Shown: positions 48,383-58,896, counted from the first letter of the stretch. The stretch is 64,000 nt of DNA from Rhodocyclaceae bacterium (GCA_035443825.1 DAOMNN010000006.1:2204-66203), one strand, 5' to 3'. Numbers and translations are program-made. The notes: generated by a model not told the origin, from the letters alone.

Positions 48383-49282
48383 ATGAGCGGGATTCAGAAG
48401 ATACTTGCAGCCACGGACTTTTCAGAATCAGCCGGAAATGGTGTCGAGCGGGCCGCCATGCTCGCTTCACAGGCCGGGGCGACTCTGGTCGTCACGAACG
48501 TGATCAGCCGCGGGACGCTCAACGCGCTTCACGATCTCATGTCTCCGGATGCCAGTGACGAGCTTGAGGACGCCTTGCTCAAGGAATCGCTCGATCGTCT
48601 CCACGACGTGGAGCAGGGCATCGCCGCGCGGCACCACGTAAATGTGGAAACCAGTGTTTCCGCCGGATCGGTGTTGAGGGAGATCGACTCGTATGCGAGC
48701 GGGACGGGTGCCGATCTTCTCGTGTTGGGCGCACACGGAGGAGGATTCGTCCGCGACATGCTGCTCGGCTCGACCACGGAGCGGGTACTGCGCAAGACGA
48801 CGCTGCCGATGCTGGTCGTCAGGTGCGCACCGTCGACGCCCTTCAAGCGAGTGCTGGTGCCGGTCGACTTCTCCGAACGCTCTCAGGCGACCATCGAGCT
48901 TGCGCGCTCGATTGCGCCGGAGGCCGAACTGATTCTCGTGCATGCGTTCGAAGTTCCTTACGAGGGCAAACTGCGTCAGGCCGGCGTCGAGGAATCCAAG
49001 GTAAACGCCTTGCGCGAGGCGGCCCGTCAGGAAGCACTTCGGCGCCTCGACGAGCTGGTCGCGAATGCGGGCGTGCCGACCGATTCGATTCGGCGTGTGC
49101 TCGTATATGGCCAGCCAGCCAGCGCAATCCTGGAGCAGGCGCAGACGCACGGGTGCGACCTCATCGCGATGGGCAAGCAGGGCCTGAGAATGATGGAAGA
49201 ACTCGTTCTGGGCAGTGTCACACGTCAGGTGATGGAGCACGCGCACTGCGACGTGCTCGTCACGGACCGAAAGAAGCGCTGA
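48383..49282 (+). CDS. tandem universal stress protein (UspE-like)
   Basis: 299 aa made of two Usp halves (KILAATDFSE...LLVLGAHGGG; RVLVPVDFSE...LIAMGKQG...GSVT). Confidence 0.88.
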   Translation: MSGIQKILAATDFSESAGNGVERAAMLASQAGATLVVTNVISRGTLNALHDLMSPDASDELEDALLKESLDRLHDVEQGIAARHHVNVETSVSAGSVLREIDSYASGTGADLLVLGAHGGGFVRDMLLGSTTERVLRKTTLPMLVVRCAPSTPFKRVLVPVDFSERSQATIELARSIAPEAELILVHAFEVPYEGKLRQAGVEESKVNALREAARQEALRRLDELVANAGVPTDSIRRVLVYGQPASAILEQAQTHGCDLIAMGKQGLRMMEELVLGSVTRQVMEHAHCDVLVTDRKKR

Positions 49283-49323
49283 GTTCCGAGTTTCAAAGCC
49301 TTACGAGAATAAGTCTCGCAATA

Positions 49324-52014
49324 ATGAAGAATGCCATGCCCCCAACCATTCATCGCTCCGATTACGCACCGCTTGCCTGGACCATCGAACGCGTCGATCT
49401 GCATTTTCGTCTCGACCCCGAAGAAACGCTGGTCACCAGCACTCTGCGTTGCGTGCGCAACGTTGACGTGTCGGAGGCGCCGATAAGGCTGTTCGGTGAC
49501 GGGCTGGAACTGGTCGGCCTCAGCGTGAATGGAGAGCGTGCCGACGAGGGGCAATGGCGGCGTACCGATGAGGGAATCGAAGTCGATGTGAAGGGTGACG
49601 ACGCCGATCTGGAGATCGTGACGCGCGTGAGTCCGCGCGCCAATACCTCCTTGTCCGGGTTGTATCTCTCCAGGGATGGTTTCTATACGCAGTGCGAGGC
49701 GGAAGGCTTCCGCCGGATCAGCTTCTTTCCCGACCGTCCCGATGTGATGGCACGCTACACGGTTACGCTCGAAGCCGACCGCGAGCGCTGCCCAGTGCTG
49801 CTGTCGAACGGCAACCTGATCGAGGAGGGGGAACTCGAGGACGGCCGGCACTTCGCGCGCTGGGAGGATCCCTTTCCCAAGCCATCGTATCTGTTCGCGC
49901 TCGTCGCTGCGGATCTGGTCGCCCTCGAGCGGCGCGTCCAGACCATGTCCGGACGCGAAGTCCTGCTGCAGGTGTGGGTGGAGGAAGGCAACCTGGACCG
50001 TGCCGCCCACGCCATGGATGCGCTGGTTCATGCGATGAAGTGGGACGAGGCGACGTTCGGGCTCGAACTCGATCTGGAGCGCTTCATGATCGTCGCCGTG
50101 GGTGACTTCAACATGGGGGCGATGGAGAACAAGGGGCTCAACATCTTCAACGCGAAGTTCGTCCTTGCCCGGCCGGATACGGCGACGGACGTCGACTACG
50201 AGCATATCGAGAGCGTCGTCGCACACGAGTATTTCCACAACTGGACCGGAAACAGGGTCACATGCCGCGACTGGTTCCAACTGACACTGAAGGAAGGGCT
50301 GACCGTCTTCCGCGACCAGCAATTCTCGGCCGACATGCTCGCCGCTGCCGCCGGCGAGCAGGGCGCGGATTCCGCCCGTGCGGTCAAGCGCATCGAGGAT
50401 GTACGCGTCCTGCGCACCGCCCAGTTTCCGGAAGATGCCGGACCGATGGCGCACCCCATTCGCCCGGACAGCTATCAGGAAATCAACAATTTCTATACCG
50501 CCACCGTCTATGAAAAGGGCGCTGAGGTCATTCGAATGCTTCACACGCTGCTGGGGCGCGAGGGGTTTCGCAACGGCATGGACCTGTATTTCAGCTACTA
50601 CGACGGCCGGGCGGTGACCTGCGACGACTTCGTCGAATGCATGGCCGAAGCGAACGGGCGCGATCTCGATCAGTTCATGCGCTGGTACGGTCAGGCCGGC
50701 ACTCCCGTGATTGGGGCGTCGGGAAAATGGGTGGGCAGTGCCGGGATGTATGTGCTGACCTTGTCCCAGCACACCCGCCCCACGCCGGGGCAGAGCGACA
50801 ATCAACCTCTTCACATTCCGGTTGCGATCGGCTTGATCGGTCCGGACGGGGCAGACCTTCCCCTGCGTCTCGAAGGCGAAACACACGCCGGACCGACGAC
50901 GCGTCTGCTCGAATTGGTGGACGAGGAACACACTTTTCACTTCGTCGGCCTGCCGACGGAACCGGTACCATCGTTGCTGCGGGGATTCTCCGCGCCTGTG
51001 GTGCTCGAACTTGAGGAAAGCGACGAGCGGCTCGCCTTCCGCATGGCGCATGATTCCGATCCGTTCAATCGCTGGGATGCGGCGCAGCGCTATGCCGAAC
51101 GCGTGGTGCTGACGCTCGCTTCCGACCTCACCGAAGGCGTCGAGGCCAAGGTGCCGGAAGCGTTCATGGCGGCTTTCCGGACATTGCTCATGAACGATGC
51201 GCTGGATCCCGCCTTCCGCGCGCTGGCGGCTTCGCTTCCGAGCGAGGTCTACCTTCTGGAGCGGATGAAGCCGGCCGACCCGTTCGCGTTGCGCAAGGCA
51301 CTCGTTCTTCTGATGGCGGAACTCGGCGGTGGTCTGGCCGATGAATGGCTCGAGTTGTACAAGTCGCTCGAGGTCCATGGTGCGTATCGCTATCATCCCG
51401 CCGATGCGGGGCGGCGTGCCCTGAGAAATCTGGCGCTTCGCTACCTGGTTTGCGGCGACGTCGACGATGGCGTGGCGCGTGCCGAGATGCAGTGCGAGTA
51501 CGCTTCGAACATGACCGAGTGTCTCGGGGCACTGAGTGCGCTGGTGCTTGGCGGCAGCGCCACGGGCGAGCACGCCCTCGAGACCTTCTATTCGCGCTAT
51601 CGCGACGACATGCTGGTGCTGGACAAGTGGTTTGCACTGCAGGCGATCAGATGGCGCCGCCGCGCGGACGAGCCTCCGGTAATCCAACGCGTGCGCGAGC
51701 TGCTTGATCATCCCGCCTTCTCGATAGCCAATCCGAACAAGGTGTACGCACTTCTTGGCAACTTCTTCAGGTCGAATCCAGCCGAGTTCCATGCCGCGGA
51801 TGGAAGCGGTCACGCGTTCTGGGCGGAACAGATAATCGTACTCGATGCGCGCAATCCTCAGGTCGCGGCGCGTCTGGCCCGGACGTTGGAGAACTGGCGG
51901 CACTTCACGCCCGCGTTGCAGGAGTCCATCCGTGCGCGCCTGGTGCAGGTCAGCGAGGTTTCGACACTGTCGTCGGACGTGGCCGAAATTATCGAAAAGG
52001 CGCTTGCGGAGTGA
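49324..52014 (+). CDS. pepN: aminopeptidase N (M1)
   Basis: I chose ATG 49324 (MKNAMPPTIHRSDY...; 49336 also possible). GAMEN exopeptidase motif and HEYFHNWTGNRVT...LKEG zinc site. The 48823 start overlaps the usp gene and is rejected. Confidence 0.96.
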   Translation: MKNAMPPTIHRSDYAPLAWTIERVDLHFRLDPEETLVTSTLRCVRNVDVSEAPIRLFGDGLELVGLSVNGERADEGQWRRTDEGIEVDVKGDDADLEIVTRVSPRANTSLSGLYLSRDGFYTQCEAEGFRRISFFPDRPDVMARYTVTLEADRERCPVLLSNGNLIEEGELEDGRHFARWEDPFPKPSYLFALVAADLVALERRVQTMSGREVLLQVWVEEGNLDRAAHAMDALVHAMKWDEATFGLELDLERFMIVAVGDFNMGAMENKGLNIFNAKFVLARPDTATDVDYEHIESVVAHEYFHNWTGNRVTCRDWFQLTLKEGLTVFRDQQFSADMLAAAAGEQGADSARAVKRIEDVRVLRTAQFPEDAGPMAHPIRPDSYQEINNFYTATVYEKGAEVIRMLHTLLGREGFRNGMDLYFSYYDGRAVTCDDFVECMAEANGRDLDQFMRWYGQAGTPVIGASGKWVGSAGMYVLTLSQHTRPTPGQSDNQPLHIPVAIGLIGPDGADLPLRLEGETHAGPTTRLLELVDEEHTFHFVGLPTEPVPSLLRGFSAPVVLELEESDERLAFRMAHDSDPFNRWDAAQRYAERVVLTLASDLTEGVEAKVPEAFMAAFRTLLMNDALDPAFRALAASLPSEVYLLERMKPADPFALRKALVLLMAELGGGLADEWLELYKSLEVHGAYRYHPADAGRRALRNLALRYLVCGDVDDGVARAEMQCEYASNMTECLGALSALVLGGSATGEHALETFYSRYRDDMLVLDKWFALQAIRWRRRADEPPVIQRVRELLDHPAFSIANPNKVYALLGNFFRSNPAEFHAADGSGHAFWAEQIIVLDARNPQVAARLARTLENWRHFTPALQESIRARLVQVSEVSTLSSDVAEIIEKALAE

Positions 52015-52137
52015 CCGTATCGGACCGCGATCGGGCTCGATTCGCCCGGCTGATTGACTCCCAACGACAGTGGACGGGGCGGGCGCATTTGGCGTACCCG
52101 GCCATGGCAGCAGGTGACGCGATGTGCGGACCCCCCG

Positions 52138-52755
52138 TCAGCTCACGGCCTTCATGATCAGCGGGACGAGTGCCTCGGGCAGCTTGATTCGGCCCTGAAG
52201 CACGAAACTGCGTCCCTGGTCGGACATTTTCTTCCAGGTCTTGTGGATGATCTCGATCCACTTCGCGTCGTCGTATTCGGGGTGCTGGGCGGCGAAGCCT
52301 GAAAGGTAGTGTTCCATGAAGACCAGATCGATCACATCCTCCAGCAACTGCGTGTCCGCATTGACCTTGAGCCCTCTCTTGCCAATGGCGGTCTTGACTC
52401 GCTCGATCATCTCTTCGTCGTAGCCGGCCTCGTGCATGAGCCGTCCGGCGGTTTCGGCATGAAACTTGTAGAGCCCGGTTCGCCATTGCAGGTAGCCCTG
52501 ACGATCCATCGGATAGGTGTTGCGAGGGGTTTTCCAGCGCTGGATGTGCTGCGCACGCACCGCCAGCCGGACCGATTCCGGTGCATCTGGCGCGAATCGG
52601 TCGAGCATCTCGCTCATGCGCTGCGCGTACAACAGTTCCTTCGGCATGCTCTTGCCGTCGACCATCTCCTGATTGGGGTCTTCGGCGTTGGCCGCATCGA
52701 AGGCCGCTATGGCCGCATCGAAGCGGCTTCTGTCCTTGATCACGGGTGTCTCCAT
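52138..52755 (-). CDS. DUF4202-like protein
   Basis: 205 aa from ATG 52755. ...HIQRWKTPRNTYPMDRQGYLQWRTGLYKFHAE... matches my memory of the DUF4202 family. Confidence 0.6.
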   Translation of the reverse strand: METPVIKDRSRFDAAIAAFDAANAEDPNQEMVDGKSMPKELLYAQRMSEMLDRFAPDAPESVRLAVRAQHIQRWKTPRNTYPMDRQGYLQWRTGLYKFHAETAGRLMHEAGYDEEMIERVKTAIGKRGLKVNADTQLLEDVIDLVFMEHYLSGFAAQHPEYDDAKWIEIIHKTWKKMSDQGRSFVLQGRIKLPEALVPLIMKAVS

Positions 52756-52876
52756 GTGGGCTGTGAATCCTCTCTCCGGACCGACCACTTCGCGTCGGGG
52801 CCGGAACGAAAATGACCGGCCTCGATGCCTTGCTGCCGCCGTACGCCTGGGCTGGTGCTGCGGGGCACGGTCCGAT

Positions 52877-53329
52877 TCAGGTCGCGATGTCACCCGAGAT
52901 GTAGTTTGCAAGGTGCTGAATCGTGGCCTCCTGTTCCTGCATCACCGCCTTGACGACGTCGCCAATGGTTATGATGCCGACGACCTTCCCGTCGTCAACG
53001 ACCGGCAGGTGGCGGAAGCGCTTGTTCGTCATCGTATTCATTACCGCGGTGATCTGGTCTGACGGGGTAATCGTCTGAACCTTGGTCGTCATCAGTTCCC
53101 CAACGGACACGTTGCGCGAACTCAGACCCTTGAGGACGATCTTTCGCGCGTAGTCGCGCTCGGTGAAAATGCCGACCAACTGATCATGATCGATGACGAG
53201 CACCCCGCCGATGTCATGCTCCGCCATCAGCGCGAGCGCATCGAAAACACTGCTGTCAGGTCTTACCGAGTAGGTTTTGTAACCCTTCTGATCCAGGACC
53301 TGTTTGACGGAAACGACAATCGCTGTCAT
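52877..53329 (-). CDS. CBS-pair domain protein
   Basis: 150 aa from ATG 53329, with two CBS repeats (ALMAEHDIGGVLVID...GIFTERD; MTNKRFRHLPVVDDGKVVGIITIGD). Confidence 0.88.
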   Translation of the reverse strand: MTAIVVSVKQVLDQKGYKTYSVRPDSSVFDALALMAEHDIGGVLVIDHDQLVGIFTERDYARKIVLKGLSSRNVSVGELMTTKVQTITPSDQITAVMNTMTNKRFRHLPVVDDGKVVGIITIGDVVKAVMQEQEATIQHLANYISGDIAT

Positions 53330-53376
53330 ATCGGCATCTCTTCCTATTCTGTTCTTCGTGTGGCGCATTCTCTCAC

Positions 53377-53408
53377 AGCCTCGGGACTGTCCGGACAGTC
53401 CCGAGGCT
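53377..53408. repeat. perfect 32-bp palindrome between panC and the CBS gene
   Basis: AGCCTCGGGACTGTCC|GGACAGTCCCGAGGCT, 16+16 nt with no mismatch. It lies 51 nt after the panC stop and 48 nt before the CBS start. Confidence 0.9.
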
Positions 53409-53458
53409 GATTTGTTTGACACGGATCAAACGGATTGTTCCCGTGCAAAGGCGCCGGC

Positions 53459-54322
<864 letters not shown>

Positions 54323-55138
54323 TCAGTAGCAGTGTTCGGCGGCAGGGAAACTGCCGTCCCGTACCGCATCGACGTAGCGGCCGACTGCCTCGTCGATGCT
54401 CGCCGCGCCTTCCATGAAGTTCTTGACGAAGCGTGCCTTGTGTCCCGGAAATACACCGATCATGTCGTGCAGGACGAGAACCTGGCCATCGCAGTCGCGA
54501 CCTGCGCCGATGCCGATGGTGGCCATCGATGTCAGGCTTGCAGTGATCTCGGTGGCAACGGCGGCCGGGATCATCTCGAGGACCATCATGGCCGCACCGG
54601 CCTGTTCCAGTGCGAGTGCATCTGCCTTGAGCCGGGCGGCGCCGCTCTCGCTGCGGCCCTGCACGCGATAGCCCCCAAGCTGATGCACCGACTGGGGCGT
54701 CAAGCCGATGTGGGCGCAGACGGGTACGCCGCGCTCGACCAGGAAGTGGATGGTGTCGGCGATATGGATGCCGCCTTCGAGCTTGACCATCTGTGCGCCT
54801 GCCGCCATGAGGCGGGCGGCATTGCGCATGGCCTGTTCGGCATTTTCCTGGTAGCTTCCGAAAGGCATGTCTGCGATCAGAAAGGGTCGGTTGCACCCGC
54901 GTGCGACACATTCGGTGTGGTAGATCATGTGATCCACGGTTACGGGCAAGGTGGATTTCTGCCCCTGAAGCACGTTGCCCAGCGAATCGCCGACCAGAAG
55001 GACGTCTACCCCGGCGCGTTCGAGCAGCGCCGCGAAGCTTGCGTCGTAGCAGGTGAGCATTGCGATCTTGCGATGCTCGGCCCGCATCTTGCCCAGTTCG
55101 AAGAGGGTTACCGGTTTGTTGTCTTGCAAATAGTTCAT
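54323..55138 (-). CDS. panB: 3-methyl-2-oxobutanoate hydroxymethyltransferase
   Basis: 271 aa. [37 protein letters not shown]. Confidence 0.96.
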   Translation of the reverse strand: MNYLQDNKPVTLFELGKMRAEHRKIAMLTCYDASFAALLERAGVDVLLVGDSLGNVLQGQKSTLPVTVDHMIYHTECVARGCNRPFLIADMPFGSYQENAEQAMRNAARLMAAGAQMVKLEGGIHIADTIHFLVERGVPVCAHIGLTPQSVHQLGGYRVQGRSESGAARLKADALALEQAGAAMMVLEMIPAAVATEITASLTSMATIGIGAGRDCDGQVLVLHDMIGVFPGHKARFVKNFMEGAASIDEAVGRYVDAVRDGSFPAAEHCY

Positions 55139-55310
55139 TGCTTGCTCCTGGCCCGGATTTCCTGTCCATTCACGCTTGGAGCGCGATGATCGAGGCTTGC
55201 CTGGGAGTCGTCTGTCGCGGTGTCCGGGCTGTTCGAGGCGGCAGTGTTTCGCAAAACGCTGCCCTGCACAAGCCTCATTTCACGATTATCGGTCGATCGG
55301 TGATGCGCGT

Positions 55311-55955
55311 TCAGGCCGCGTAGCCGAAGAACTCCCTGTAACTGCGCATGTTCCGCAGGCGTTCGAGCAGCAGGTCGAAGTCGTCGTCCAGATCGACGGG
55401 ATTGAGCACTTCGGCATCGACGATAAACAGAGGAGCCGCATCGTACTCATAGAAAAAGCGCGCGTAACGTTCGGCGACGCGCTCGAGATAGCTCTCGGTG
55501 ATGCGGCGCTCGGCTTCCATGCCACGCTGATGCACTCGCCCGATCAATGTTTCGGGCTTCGCCTGCAGGTAGATGACGAGATCCGGTTTGCGCGTGTGGA
55601 TCGGTTTCATGGATTCGAAGATTCGCTGGTAAAGCCGCAGTTCGTCGGACGGCAGATTGAGCGATGCGAACAACGGATCCTTGTCGAGGATGAAATCGGA
55701 CACGAGGCGCCTGTCCATAGCCGCCCCTTCTGCCCCGAGCAGGGCGAGCTGGTCGATACGCTGGAACAGGAAGGAGATCTGCGTGGCCAGAGCCCAGCGA
55801 TCGAGGTTCTGGTAGAAGCGACCCAGAAACTCGTTGCACTCCGGCTGTTCGAAGACGGTGTCGGCATCGAGCCGTTCTGCGAGCCGTCTCGCCAGCGAAG
55901 TCTTGCCGGCGCCGATAGGCCCTTCGACGACGATGTATTGCGCCTTGTCTAGCAT
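55311..55955 (-). CDS. deoxynucleoside kinase
   Basis: I chose start MLDKAQYIVVEGPIGAGKTSLARRL (P-loop). ...FEQPECNEFL..., ...DRWALATQISFL.... Confidence 0.85.
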   Translation of the reverse strand: MLDKAQYIVVEGPIGAGKTSLARRLAERLDADTVFEQPECNEFLGRFYQNLDRWALATQISFLFQRIDQLALLGAEGAAMDRRLVSDFILDKDPLFASLNLPSDELRLYQRIFESMKPIHTRKPDLVIYLQAKPETLIGRVHQRGMEAERRITESYLERVAERYARFFYEYDAAPLFIVDAEVLNPVDLDDDFDLLLERLRNMRSYREFFGYAA

Positions 55956-56043
55956 GGGGGATGGAGGGATCCGTTGTGCGCCATGGTGTCCGGTCACTAT
56001 ACACATTGAGGGCCACAACTCGTCAAGCCCGGTGACTGTGGCC

Positions 56044-56547
56044 CTAGAGTCGCGTCACCAATTGGTCGGACACGCGTGGCAGCAGCGCCGACACGCGTCC
56101 ATGGCCGGGGATTTCGGCGTCCGGTGCAATCTCGGCCAGGGGTACGAGCACGAAGGCCCGTCGATGCATGCGTGGATGCGGCACCTGCAGCCTTGGCGTG
56201 TCGATCACGGCGTCGGCGTACAGGAGCAGGTCGAGATCGAGCGTTCTGGGTGCCCGGTGCGACTGTCGCGTACGTCCCGCCGTGATCTCGATCTCGAGCA
56301 AGGCCTCGAGCAGATCCTCTGCAGGCATGTCCGTAGCGAGTTCGACGACTGCGTTGATGTAGTCCGGCTGCCCACGGACACCGATCGGATCGGTGCGATA
56401 CAAGGATGAACGCCGAACGACGCTTGTGCCCGGAAGTCGGCCGATGGCGTCGAGTGCGTGATGATATGCCGAAACCGGGTCACCAAGATTCGCGCCGAAT
56501 GCCACGAATGCCCGGACCTTCCTGCTGTGCACAGGGGAAGCGGTCAT
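56044..56547 (-). CDS. folK: 2-amino-4-hydroxy-6-hydroxymethyldihydropteridine diphosphokinase
   Basis: ATG 56547 overlaps the pcnB stop (ATGA). AFVAFGANLGDP, RTLDLDLLLY, PHPRMHRRAFVLVPLAEI. Confidence 0.93.
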   Translation of the reverse strand: MTASPVHSRKVRAFVAFGANLGDPVSAYHHALDAIGRLPGTSVVRRSSLYRTDPIGVRGQPDYINAVVELATDMPAEDLLEALLEIEITAGRTRQSHRAPRTLDLDLLLYADAVIDTPRLQVPHPRMHRRAFVLVPLAEIAPDAEIPGHGRVSALLPRVSDQLVTRL

Positions 56548-57899
56548 GCCGTATCGGACTCTGGCGCGTGTTCGGTGGTTGCGGCAGGTTTGCGGCGACG
56601 TCTGCGCTTCCTTGCCGGCGCATCGGAAGCAGGCGCCTGCTTCATGAGCGCTTCGCGGTCGTCGTTTCCGGCGTGGGCGAAGCGCTGCCACCAATCGACG
56701 AGCGCCATCTCGATCTCTCCAGACTCGGCGCGCAGTTTCAGGAAATCCCAGGCGGCGCGATAGCGCGGCTGCTCGATCAGGCGCCACGGCGACTTGCCGG
56801 CGCGCTTCTCGAAGCGCGGCTGCAGCGCCCATATTTCCTTGATATCCCCGGCGATGCGGCGCGTGATCGCAAGCTTCGTGGCCTGTGAGTCGAGCACGTC
56901 GTCCATCGCAGCGAACAGTGCCGGCTGGTTATCCTCGCCGTCCCGCTTGCGTGTCTCCCACGTCGCAAGGACCTCATGCCAGAGAAGCGTCGCGAACAGG
57001 AATCCGGGCGACACCGATTTGTCCTGCCGCACTCGCTCGTCGGTGTTCTCGAGCGACAACCACACGAAGCGCTCGCCCATGGGCTGCTCGAGAATGACGT
57101 CGAGAAGCGGGAGGAGACCGTGGTGCAGCCCTTCTTCCCGCAGCTGCGTCAGGCACCGGACGGCATAGCCCGAAAACAGCAGTTTGAGCATTTCGTCGAA
57201 AAGCCGTGCGGCAGGGACGTTCTCGAGAAGGATCGCCATCTCGCGAATCGGATGCCGCGCTTCGGGATCTATGCTCAGCCCCAGTTTCGCGCCAAGGCGT
57301 ACTGCACGCAGCATTCGCACCGGATCTTCGCGGTAACGCGCACGCGCGTCGCCAATGATGCGCAGCGTCTTCTGGCGGATGTCGGCCACACCGTGGTGAT
57401 AGTCGACGATGGTTTCGGTGGTCGGGTCGTAGTACAGTGCGTTGACCGTGAAGTCGCGCCGGGTGGCGTCTTCGGCCTGAGTGCCGTACACGTTGTCGCG
57501 CAGCACACGCCCGTGGGCATCGGTCTGGGCGGCTTCGGCGTCGTGGCTTGCGCGAAACGTGGAGACTTCCATGGTCTCGCGACCGCTCATGACATGCACG
57601 ATCTTGAAACGCCTGCCGATGATTCGCGAACGGCGGAAAAGTGCGCGCACCTGTTCGGGCGTGGCGCTGGTCGCAATGTCATAGTCCTTGGGGGGGTGAC
57701 CGCTCAACAGGTCGCGAACCGCGCCTCCGACGATGAACGCCGCATGGCCGTTCTCCTGAAGCACCGAGCACACCTTGCATGCGGCCGAGGACAACTGTTC
57801 GCGTCGGATTCCGTGCTGGGCCAGCGGAATCAGTGCGGGTTCGGTTCGGGGGCCCGGTCCGGCGCGACGAAAAACCTTGCGTAGCAGCTTGCGGATCAT
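56544..57899 (-). CDS. pcnB: poly(A) polymerase I
   Basis: I chose ATG 57899 (MIRKLLRKVF...). AFIVGGAVRDLL, RIIGRRFKIVHV, and a basic C-terminal tail. The TTG 57935 extension has A/T-rich third positions. Confidence 0.93.
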   Translation of the reverse strand: MIRKLLRKVFRRAGPGPRTEPALIPLAQHGIRREQLSSAACKVCSVLQENGHAAFIVGGAVRDLLSGHPPKDYDIATSATPEQVRALFRRSRIIGRRFKIVHVMSGRETMEVSTFRASHDAEAAQTDAHGRVLRDNVYGTQAEDATRRDFTVNALYYDPTTETIVDYHHGVADIRQKTLRIIGDARARYREDPVRMLRAVRLGAKLGLSIDPEARHPIREMAILLENVPAARLFDEMLKLLFSGYAVRCLTQLREEGLHHGLLPLLDVILEQPMGERFVWLSLENTDERVRQDKSVSPGFLFATLLWHEVLATWETRKRDGEDNQPALFAAMDDVLDSQATKLAITRRIAGDIKEIWALQPRFEKRAGKSPWRLIEQPRYRAAWDFLKLRAESGEIEMALVDWWQRFAHAGNDDREALMKQAPASDAPARKRRRRRKPAATTEHAPESDTA

Positions 57900-57955
57900 C
57901 GGGGCAAGAATCCAAGCATCAACATAAGCGCGCAATAATAACTGATGCGCCGCCT

Positions 57956-58119
57956 AGGAGGCTGTCGGACTTGAGCGATCGTCACGAGCCGAGTGGGAAA
58001 GCGAGGACAGATCCGACCGTTTTTGAGGCGCATAGTGGTTCTATGCAACGAAAAAACGGTCGGATATGGACCGCGTTCCCACTGGCGAAGTAGATCAGTC
58101 TCAAGTCCGACAGCCTCCT
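57956..58119 (+). repeat. long (164 bp) copy of an imperfect-palindrome repeat family, carrying a nested central hairpin (MITE/Correia/ERIC-like)
   Basis: 20-bp perfect terminal inverted repeats AGGAGGCTGTCGGACTTGAG / CTCAAGTCCGACAGCCTCCT. Inner matching blocks (AGTGGGAA). Central hairpin ATCCGACCGTTTTT...AAAAACGGTCGGAT (58011-58065). A second copy lies at 25301-25400. Confidence 0.85.
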
Positions 58120-58233
58120 GCGGTGAGCAACGGATGGCCTGATCGACACTGCGCCTGGTCACATCCGACGGTCTGTGGGCGACGGCCCGCGCAAAGGAGG
58201 CGGATCCAGCGCGAGCGTGCCGTATCCGAGCTG

Positions 58234-58896
58234 TCAGCGCAGGGACATGACGGGCCAGCCGTGTGAAAGTGCATGTGCCCGGAGCCGCTCGTCGGGATCC
58301 ACGGCGACGGGGTCGGAGACCCGCTGCAGCAGGGGAAGATCGTTGTGGGAATCGCTGTAGAACCAGCTTCGATCGAAGCTGCCCCAGTGCAGACCCATGG
58401 ATTCGAGCCACGCGTCCACCCGTCCGATCTTGCCCGCCTTGAAGGCCGGCAAGCCACGCGGCTTTCCGGTAAAGGCGCCGTTCTCCTGTGCGGCGATCGT
58501 CGCGACGAGATGGGGAATGCCGAGTTCGCGGGCGATCGGGCCGGTTACGAAACTGTTTGTCGCCGTGACCACGGCCACGGTCGCGCCCTGTTCGGTGTGT
58601 TGGTGTACCAGCGCCCGTGCGCTGTCGGTGATCATCGGGCGAATGACGCTTTCCATGAACTCGTGGTGCCACACATCGAGTTGCTCGCGAGGGTGGCGTG
58701 CGAGCGGGGCGAGCTGGAAGTCGAGAAACTCGAAGATGTCCAGCGTGCCGGCCTTGTATTGCTCGAAAAAGGCCGCGTTTCTGGCTTCGTAGAGCTCTTG
58801 GTCGAGTACGTTTTTGGAGATCAGAAACCGTGCCCACTCGAAGTCCGAGTCGCCATCGAGAAGGGTGTTGTCGAGATCGAATAATACGAGTTCCAC
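58234..58896 (-). CDS. HAD-IB family hydrolase (SerB-like phosphatase)
   Basis: I prefer GTG 58896 (VELVLFDLDNTLL, DxD motif at the N-terminus). ATG 58986 would overlap hda by 64 nt. ...VTATNSF..., ...SDSHNDLPLL.... Confidence 0.82.
   Translation of the reverse strand: MELVLFDLDNTLLDGDSDFEWARFLISKNVLDQELYEARNAAFFEQYKAGTLDIFEFLDFQLAPLARHPREQLDVWHHEFMESVIRPMITDSARALVHQHTEQGATVAVVTATNSFVTGPIARELGIPHLVATIAAQENGAFTGKPRGLPAFKAGKIGRVDAWLESMGLHWGSFDRSWFYSDSHNDLPLLQRVSDPVAVDPDERLRAHALSHGWPVMSLR

Noticed and set aside
53377-53408. Possible relationship between the 32-bp palindrome (…GACTGTCCGGACAGTC…) and the termini of the 25301/57956 repeat family (…CTGTCGGAC…GTCCGACAG…).
   Set aside because: The shared string is short and has an extra base. 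Nothing else aligns, so I treat them as separate observations unless a genome-wide consensus links them.
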